DNA from: Cenarchaeum sp.
GTDB lineage: Archaea > Thermoproteota > Nitrososphaeria > Nitrososphaerales > Nitrosopumilaceae
Reading direction: 5' to 3'
Length of the DNA stretch: 64,000 bases
Assembly: GCA_965242695.1 (NCBI GenBank)
Contig: CBDESU010000001.1
Location: 704,001 to 768,000, forward strand
The notes beneath the pieces are model-generated. The model did not search any database and was not told where the DNA came from. It worked only from the letters and a program-made list of their open reading frames with translations. Shown here piece by piece: positions 57,551-64,000 of the stretch. A program made the position numbers and the translations under genes. How positions within the stretch are numbered: position 1 is the first letter of the stretch; each line of letters starts with the position of its first letter.

Positions 57551-60500
57551 CTACCGGTCGCGGGCCTGGGCGGACACGGGAGACGGCGCGCCGAGGCCCG
57601 CCCCTCCTGCCGCAAGCGGCGGTTCGGCCTCGGTCTCGGCCGCGCCTGCCGTCGCGCCGGGCTGTGCAGGGCAGTCCGTACCTGGCCGACCCGCCGCGGC
57701 CAGGCGCATTCTGACGCCTATCCTGACAATGCCGTTGTAGCCCGGCTCGCGCCGGGCATCGCTGTCGTCGACTGCGGCGGCCTCTGCCTCGATCGCGGTG
57801 CCGCAGTCGATCAGGGGTGCGAGATACCCCGCGATGCTGCGGTCCATGTAGCCTAGCAGGGTGCCGCGCGCATGCACCGCAATCGCATTCTTGTCGTGCA
57901 GCGCGTCGTAGTCCCTCTTGAGCAGAAGCGGCTCGCCCGACGAAATCCGCGAGCCGACCGCCGGCGCGTTGGCGCTCCCCGTGCAGGCAACGGCGGGGCG
58001 CGTCTCGAGCACGCTGTCTAGGCCGCGCCCTTCCCTGACTAGGCGGTTGGGGTGGATGCCGGACGTGGCGGCGGCGATCCTTGCCGCATCGCACTCCTCC
58101 GCCCCGTACCTCTTGGCCAGCGTCGCCCCGTCGATGCCGGAGAGCCACGAGGCAAAGTCCGCAAAGCCGAGCCCCTTCGGGCATGCCGCCGACATGGCCG
58201 TTGCGGCCCTTCTTGACGTCGTGCCAAGGCGCATGGCCCAGCTGGCCTCGGGGCTTGCGACGCCGTACTTGATCATCCCGGGCAGGTGCCTGATCCTGGG
58301 AGGCAGGGATGCGGCATCCACCCCCGTCTCGTGCGCCGCGATCCTGATGAGGGCCGACACGGCCCAGGGCAGGTCGCGCCCCGTAATTCCGTCCACAATC
58401 TGCGCCGCGCCGTCCCTGCCGCCGTGCCCCGCCCCGCCCGGCATGTCTGCGGCGGGGGTCCCGCCCAGCCACATTTCGACCAGCCGACCCGTGTCGCCGC
58501 CGTACGAGTGCCTGTGGGGCATCTCCGGCATCTGGTCTGCCAGATCAAGGGCGATCCGCGCCAGTCCGACTGCATCCTCGTCGGATCCCGACGACAAGAG
58601 CCCCGTGATACGATCCCTGTTTTCCCTGACGTACGCGCTGATCCTGCGGCAGCTCTCGACCGACAGGCCGGTGCCCCCGTAGGCACTCGCAGTCGACTCG
58701 CCCATCTCGGCGGCCTTTTTGGCTGCGCCGCGGAGGCACTCGCGCAGCGTGGCGATTCGGCCGTCGCCCTCCTGCATCTGCGCCGCTGCCAGGGTCGCGG
58801 ACACGGTGCGATCGACCGCCTCGCAGTCGCCCCCGGCGCCCTCCTCTGCGAGGATTCCGAGCGCCTCGCAGCCTACCTCTGCCTCCAGGTCCGCTGCGCC
58901 GATCCTGCCCTCTGCAAGCTCGTCGAGCAGCTGGAATGCGTGGCTGCGCACCGTGCCGAGCTGGCCCCTGTGCGAGCGGTAGTAGTCGTAGTCGCGCCTG
59001 TCCATGTCGCTTCCGACGATGTGGATTACGGCCCCCTCGGTCTCGCGCCCCGCGCGCCCCGCGCGCCCTGCCATATCCCAGTACTCGTGGGCAGGAATCC
59101 GCATCTGCCTGCCCGACATGCGGTCGCAACTGCGGCACGAGTGGACGATCAGCGTCCTGACCGGCATGCTCGTTCCCGGGGAAGGCGCGCCGGCGGACAC
59201 CACGACGGGGTACTTTCCATCGTGCACGTCCGACTCTATCGCATCCCTGAGCCTGCCGGGCATCCCTCCATGATGCACCGCTATGCCCGTGCCGAGAAGG
59301 CGCGTCAAGTCGTGGTCGCCGCCGAGCCATTCGGCGGCCGCGCGACGGGATCGCGTGGACGCCCCCGTCCTGAAGCGGTACGGCACGTCCCTTCCGGACT
59401 TCGCCGCCAGGCTGATTCTGCCCTCGAGCTTTAGGGCCACCGACACGGCCCATGCCGGCTGGGCCGCGTACACCTGGACTGGCCCGAGCGCAGAGTACTT
59501 GAACGCGAGCTCGGCCGCAGTCTCCCCTTTTTCGGTGGATGGGAACGACTGCCGGCTGATCCTCCCCGTCTCGGGGTCTGCATGCTCGTATGCCTCGCTG
59601 CGGATGACGCCCTTGGCACGCACTTGGGAGGCATGATCCTCGTCGCCCCCCTCGTACACGAGCGCGCACTCTCCGCCCTCCGCGGGCGGCCACTCGAACC
59701 TTGCGAGGCGGCGGGCCGTGGGGCGCCAGCCGGCCTCGATGATGCCGCTCGCGCCGCCTTCCCCGCACAGCCAGCCTGCAAACTCGCGCATCGACTCGTC
59801 CGACAGGACGGCCGACATGACGATGAACCTCGATGCGGCAAACCTCCTCTGCAGCCTGGCCAGCAGCATTTCCATCCTCAGGCCCCTGACGCCGTCTCCT
59901 ACCGCATGCCCGTCGTCAATGACGAACAGCGCAGCGTTGCCGAGGCGCCCGGGGTGGGCCCTGAGCATAAGATCCAGCTTTTCGGGCGTCGCGACCAGTA
60001 TGTCTGCGCACGAGGCAAGGTCGTCCTCCACCGGATCGTCGTCGTACGCGCCGTCCATTGCGGACACGCCAAACCCGATGTCGGGAAACACGTCCGAGAG
60101 GCTGCCGGCCACCTCGGAGACGCGGGCGCGGCATGGCGCAACATACACGCACTTTGCGCCCCGCGCGCCGCGATCAAGCGCGTGAAGTATGGCCATTTCG
60201 ACCACTCCCATCCTGCCCGAGCCGGCGGGCATTCGAACGATCCTTGAGGCGTCCGAGTCGACCAGGCCCCCCTCGATGGCCGCCCTCTGCGACGGCCACG
60301 CTTCCGAGGCGGAGCGGCCCCCGAGTGCTCTCCCTCCCCGCCCCCTGGCAAGCAGCATCATGTACCGCTCCCACAGGGGGCGCCCCCTCTTACACTCTAG
60401 GGCGCGCCATGTCGAGCGCGCCGTCATGGGCCCGATCACGCCGCGCAGCCCGTACAGCAGGGCCGATTCCTCGTAGAAGCCGCGCGACGAGAACAGGCCT

Positions 60501-61162
60501 TCGGCGCTTCTGAGCAGATCCGCGGCCCCGTCGATGCCGTCCCTCGATCCCGACAGGAAGAACCCCGCAACGTCCGAAAGGGAGCGCGCTGTAGCGGCAA
60601 GCCCGAGCCTGTACGGCATGCTGTCGACGCTGCCGTAGTCGGGCTCCCTGACCAGCCCCGCACACTCTTGCCGCAGCCCGACAAAGCGCCGCGCAAGGAA
60701 CATGGCCGCAATGTGCTGCATCTCGTTGCCGCCGCCGCCGCCGCCCCGCTCGGACTCGATGAAGGAGCTCGCAATGCAAGCGGCGTTGGCCTGGTACCCG
60801 GCAAGCTCGTACGCGCACGAGGCGTTGAGCAGGGCGTACCTGCACGGCGCGCCCTCGCATAGCTTTGCCAGGCCCTCCCATATTCTTGCAAGCCGCGCGG
60901 CATGCCGCCTCAGGACGTCCGGGGGATCGGCGATCTCGCCGCTCTCTGCCGAGAGCGTGGATGCGACGAACGAAAGGGCTGCCGCCCTTCTGGCGACCAG
61001 CGCCTCGGATAGTGCGCCGCCGTCCTCTGCGCGATGTCCGCTGGCGGAGATCTCCTTGAGGATAGACTTGGAGTCTACCCGGTACGCATCCTCGTGAAAC
61101 GACGGCTCGGACATGGCCCGCAGCAGCTCCCCGTACATCATCTTGGATGCAGATTCAGGCAT
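57551..61162 (-). CDS. Ski2-like SF2 helicase (HamB-like) with degenerate ATPase motifs and C-terminal HIRAN-like domain
   Basis: ATPEKLD, IAVHHGGM and MAGRAGR are present, but Walker A is PAGSGRM and Walker B is DDGH; C-terminal LKRDYDALHDKNAIAV...LGYM. Confidence 0.85.
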   Translation of the reverse strand: MPESASKMMYGELLRAMSEPSFHEDAYRVDSKSILKEISASGHRAEDGGALSEALVARRAAALSFVASTLSAESGEIADPPDVLRRHAARLARIWEGLAKLCEGAPCRYALLNASCAYELAGYQANAACIASSFIESERGGGGGGNEMQHIAAMFLARRFVGLRQECAGLVREPDYGSVDSMPYRLGLAATARSLSDVAGFFLSGSRDGIDGAADLLRSAEGLFSSRGFYEESALLYGLRGVIGPMTARSTWRALECKRGRPLWERYMMLLARGRGGRALGGRSASEAWPSQRAAIEGGLVDSDASRIVRMPAGSGRMGVVEMAILHALDRGARGAKCVYVAPCRARVSEVAGSLSDVFPDIGFGVSAMDGAYDDDPVEDDLASCADILVATPEKLDLMLRAHPGRLGNAALFVIDDGHAVGDGVRGLRMEMLLARLQRRFAASRFIVMSAVLSDESMREFAGWLCGEGGASGIIEAGWRPTARRLARFEWPPAEGGECALVYEGGDEDHASQVRAKGVIRSEAYEHADPETGRISRQSFPSTEKGETAAELAFKYSALGPVQVYAAQPAWAVSVALKLEGRISLAAKSGRDVPYRFRTGASTRSRRAAAEWLGGDHDLTRLLGTGIAVHHGGMPGRLRDAIESDVHDGKYPVVVSAGAPSPGTSMPVRTLIVHSCRSCDRMSGRQMRIPAHEYWDMAGRAGRAGRETEGAVIHIVGSDMDRRDYDYYRSHRGQLGTVRSHAFQLLDELAEGRIGAADLEAEVGCEALGILAEEGAGGDCEAVDRTVSATLAAAQMQEGDGRIATLRECLRGAAKKAAEMGESTASAYGGTGLSVESCRRISAYVRENRDRITGLLSSGSDEDAVGLARIALDLADQMPEMPHRHSYGGDTGRLVEMWLGGTPAADMPGGAGHGGRDGAAQIVDGITGRDLPWAVSALIRIAAHETGVDAASLPPRIRHLPGMIKYGVASPEASWAMRLGTTSRRAATAMSAACPKGLGFADFASWLSGIDGATLAKRYGAEECDAARIAAATSGIHPNRLVREGRGLDSVLETRPAVACTGSANAPAVGSRISSGEPLLLKRDYDALHDKNAIAVHARGTLLGYMDRSIAGYLAPLIDCGTAIEAEAAAVDDSDARREPGYNGIVRIGVRMRLAAAGRPGTDCPAQPGATAGAAETEAEPPLAAGGAGLGAPSPVSAQARDR

Positions 61163-61919
61163 GGGCCCCCGCCCTCCTGTACGACTCGGATGCATGGGCC
61201 GCCCGGCCCTCTATCCTGACCGCATCGACGGCCATGTCGAGGCCGTGCACCTTGTGAATGTCGCCTAGGCGATTCAGGTATGCGGCGGACCGCGCCGACT
61301 TTTCAAATATTGCCCCTATGCGAAAGTGGGCGGGGATCGGACCGCTGGCAGCCTTTAGCAGGCGCATGAACGTGTCCCTGCCGCCCTTGTACAAGTGCGC
61401 CAGACCGACTGCAAGCTGGGCGGGGATCGCATGCCTGCTCGCCTCGGCTAGCTGGTTGTAGGCATCTGGTAGGGCCCCGTAGTCGGCAACGGTGCGCAGC
61501 TTTGTCTCCGCATAGACGAGCCACTCGCCCCCGCCGGCGTTCCTTTCTAGCGCCACAATGTCTGTATCGTGCATGGGTGCATCGGGCGCGGGGTCGTACC
61601 TGTGCCTCCTGACGGGGACGGCCATGCCGTCGAACTGCTCGAGTATGGCCGCATGCAGAACCTCTCCGAACCTGCCTTTCTGCCGCCTCTGCCCTCTGGG
61701 CTGGCGATCGCCGATCATGGAGGATGCGACAACCCGGCGATCCCATGGGATCGTGCGCAGGATGTCGCTGATCATCCCGCTGTCGGCCGCACTCTCGGCC
61801 AAGAGTGCCGCCATCGCCTCGGCCGCAAGCTCACGATCGCTCCCGGCCTTTTCTAGGTACGCAGCGACCGCAAAGCCGCGGCCCGCGTCCGCGGGTTGTC
61901 GCTCAAGCCGACCCTTCAC
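61155..61919 (-). CDS. PD-(D/E)XK nuclease-like protein (HamA/DUF1837-like)
   Basis: GRFGEVL...MHDTDIVAL...YAETK; overlaps the helicase start; start uncertain. Confidence 0.7.
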   Translation of the reverse strand: MKGRLERQPADAGRGFAVAAYLEKAGSDRELAAEAMAALLAESAADSGMISDILRTIPWDRRVVASSMIGDRQPRGQRRQKGRFGEVLHAAILEQFDGMAVPVRRHRYDPAPDAPMHDTDIVALERNAGGGEWLVYAETKLRTVADYGALPDAYNQLAEASRHAIPAQLAVGLAHLYKGGRDTFMRLLKAASGPIPAHFRIGAIFEKSARSAAYLNRLGDIHKVHGLDMAVDAVRIEGRAAHASESYRRAGAHA

Positions 61920-62063
61920 AACATTCGGCAGATATGAAGGGCGTGATATTTTTTGCCCCTGCCCGCCCGTGCAGGTGCGGAGGTGGCGCCGTCCCTGCGC
62001 CTTCCCTTGGCGGGCCCTGTCGAGCCGTGACCCGTCCACGCGTGCGGCCTGTGCCGCCGCGTC

Positions 62064-62117
62064 GTGCCCACCATTTTTGGCGTAAGTTGGAAATTTTTAT
62101 TAAAAAGCGGTGGGCAC
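62064..62117. promoter_or_regulatory. 54-bp palindrome enclosing the TATA box of the Fic gene
   Basis: gtgcccacc...TTTTTATTAAAAA...ggtgggcac, ending 10 bp before ATG 62127. Confidence 0.65.
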
Positions 62118-62126
62118 GCTCGCCGC

Positions 62127-63011
62127 ATGGCATCCGTCGTACGCCGCATCAGGGGAGGGCGTGCCTACTACTACCTCAAGCATTCCGCCGCGTCCGCCCG
62201 GCGCGAGATATACCTGGGCAAGGAGGTACCTGCCAACGTAGAGGAGATCAAGGAGCGCCTGGTCCTCGACATGATCCGCGGCCGGTGGGCCGGCGCGCTT
62301 GGTGACATATCGAGGCGCCACACGGAGGAGCGCGGGCGCATGCCGGCAAACGTCCGCCGCGACCTGCTTGATAATTTTGTCGTGTCGTTTACGTACGCAA
62401 CGCAGCGCGTGGAGGGATCGACGATGACGTTCCGGGAGACATCTGACCTTTTGCTGCACGGCTTGCCGCCCCTGTCTAGGCCCGATCACGAGCGGCACGA
62501 GGCGCTGGCCCAGAGGGACATACTGCTAGACATGGCGGAGCGGCGCCGGCCAGAACGGCTGACTCTTGATCTCCTGCTGCGATGGCACCGGTCGATATTT
62601 GTCCACACCGACCATATCAATGCAGGACACCTGCGCAAGTATGCTGTGGTCGTGCGCGGGAGCAAGTTCGAGTTTCCGCTGTGGGAGGATGTCCCCGAAG
62701 AGCTCGACAAGTTCTTTCGGTGGTACCACAAGAACAGGCGCCAAGTCGATGCAGCCGAGCTTGCGGCAATGGCCCACTGCAAGTTCGTCACCATTCACCC
62801 GTTCGGCGACGGGAATGGGCGCATATCGCGGCTGCTGATGAACCGCATCCTCCACGAGGGTGGGTATCCGATGTTTGCGGTCACCATGAAGGATCGCCGA
62901 TCGTACATACGCGCACTGGAAAGATCTCAGATGGGCAAAAGCTGCGCGCCCTTTGTAGCGTGGTTCATGAAGAGGTATGTTGCGGCAAACCGGCGGGGGC
63001 GGGGAACGTGA
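62127..63011 (+). CDS. Fic-family protein
   Basis: Canonical HPFGDGNGRISR; TQRVEG motif; N-terminal YYYLKHS..REIYLG domain. Confidence 0.92.
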   Translation: MASVVRRIRGGRAYYYLKHSAASARREIYLGKEVPANVEEIKERLVLDMIRGRWAGALGDISRRHTEERGRMPANVRRDLLDNFVVSFTYATQRVEGSTMTFRETSDLLLHGLPPLSRPDHERHEALAQRDILLDMAERRRPERLTLDLLLRWHRSIFVHTDHINAGHLRKYAVVVRGSKFEFPLWEDVPEELDKFFRWYHKNRRQVDAAELAAMAHCKFVTIHPFGDGNGRISRLLMNRILHEGGYPMFAVTMKDRRSYIRALERSQMGKSCAPFVAWFMKRYVAANRRGRGT

Positions 63012-63063
63012 GGCCGGCGCCCTCGCAGCGTACAGTTTTATCGCCCACAATAGGCCGCGCGGC

Positions 63064-63525
63064 ATGCCCCTGATCACCGCCGAGGTGCGCGACTTTGTCG
63101 ACCGCCTCAAGCTCGGGTTCGTGGCGACCGTCTCGCCCGACGGCCGGCCCAACGTCTCGCCGCGCGGGACGATCATGGTGTGGGACGGCGGGCGCGGCGC
63201 ATCCGACGAGCTGGTAGTCGCCGACATACGCTCGCCGGAGACGACGTCGAACGTGCTGGCAAACCCCGAGGTCGAGGTGTGCGTGGTGCACCCGCTGCTC
63301 CGCAGGGGGTACAGGCTCAGGGGCAGGGCCGAGGTGCTGCGCGGCGGCGCCGAGTTCGAGGCGGCCGTGGCCGAGTACAGGAAAAGGGGCGTGAAGAGCC
63401 CGATAGGCGCCGTCCTCAGGGTGCGCCTGTACGAGGCGTCCGAGGTGCGCTCGCCGCTGTACGACCTGGGCATGACGGAGGGGCAGATCAAGGATGCGTG
63501 GAAGGGCGTCTACGCGGGGCTTTGA
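63064..63525 (+). CDS. pyridoxamine 5'-phosphate oxidase-like flavin-binding protein
   Basis: FVATVSPDGRPNVSPRG, T..NVLANP, GYRLRGRAE. Confidence 0.88.
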   Translation: MPLITAEVRDFVDRLKLGFVATVSPDGRPNVSPRGTIMVWDGGRGASDELVVADIRSPETTSNVLANPEVEVCVVHPLLRRGYRLRGRAEVLRGGAEFEAAVAEYRKRGVKSPIGAVLRVRLYEASEVRSPLYDLGMTEGQIKDAWKGVYAGL

Positions 63526-64000
63526 GCGCCGCCGGCCGCTCCGCCGCCCTTTTCCAGCCTCGCAATCATCTCCCTTGCGGCCGCGTGGGCCGCGCGCTCC
63601 TCCTTGAGCAGGCCCCTGACTACGGCAAGCTCGTTTTCGGTCTCGCGAAGCTTTTGCGAGACCGACGCCACGATGGCACTGGCAGCCTCCACCACGCCGC
63701 CGCCCTTTCCCGACGCGGCCGCAGCGGCGGCCTCTTCGGCCGCTTCCTCCTCGTCGGCCCTTGCCTTGTCCCGCCGGGCCTGCATGGCCGCGGCCTCTTT
63801 TGCCGCGGCGGCCACCTCTGCGCGCAGCTCGTCGCGGCGCGCCTCCAGCCTCGCTATCTCGGCCGATGCGGCCGCCTCCGCCGCCGCCGCGGCGGCCGCC
63901 GCATTGCCGGGCGCAGAGGGCCTGGATGCGGCCGCCTCCGCCGCCGCGGCGGCCGACATGCCGGCCGATGCGCCGGCTGTTCCGGATGCGGCCGCCTCTG
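63510..64000 (-). CDS. coiled-coil protein (C-terminal part; probably begins beyond the window)
   Basis: Ala/Glu-rich heptads; VVEAASAIVASVSQKL. Confidence 0.6.
   Translation of the reverse strand, partial: EAAASGTAGASAGMSAAAAAEAAASRPSAPGNAAAAAAAAEAAASAEIARLEARRDELRAEVAAAAKEAAAMQARRDKARADEEEAAEEAAAAAASGKGGGVVEAASAIVASVSQKLRETENELAVVRGLLKEERAAHAAAREMIARLEKGGGAAGGAQSPA

Noticed and set aside
56562-64000. tRNA-Arg-anchored integrated element
   Set aside because: No integrase and no duplicated tRNA 3' end seen within the window.

Overview
A GC-rich archaeal chromosomal window, very probably from an ammonia-oxidising archaeon of the Nitrosopumilaceae. The evidence is PEFG-CTERM and CFI-box-CTERM sorting signals, rpS3Ae, the archaeal aroA'/aroB' shikimate cluster and leaderless TATA promoters; a Cenarchaeum-like symbiont lifestyle is only an inference. 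Core genes are a cysteine-synthase/rhodanese fusion, MoxR-vWA, a cupredoxin, geranylgeranyl reductase, rps3ae, thiC, an aro/tyr cluster without EPSP synthase, mqnC-like and ubiD-like genes, bcp, an aquaporin and tRNA-Arg(GCG). These alternate with accessory islets. (1) A tandem array of DUF5678-like small protein + retropepsin-like aspartyl protease pairs, carrying an IS110-family element whose left end encodes a directly readable candidate bridge RNA with guides matching both its insertion site and its own circle junction. (2) An XRE-ImmA/DUF4411 PIN pair. (3) An apparently nuclease-dead type IIG-like methyltransferase. (4) A type IV-like nucleotidyltransferase TA locus. (5) A duplicated Doc toxin locus with four small antitoxin-like genes, split by an IS630 element with an apparent CG target duplication. 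(6) A 2,655-aa surface protein. (7) A Hachiman-like nuclease + degenerate helicase-HIRAN cassette between two 54-bp palindromes, beside a Fic gene. All family assignments come from motif recognition, not database searches.
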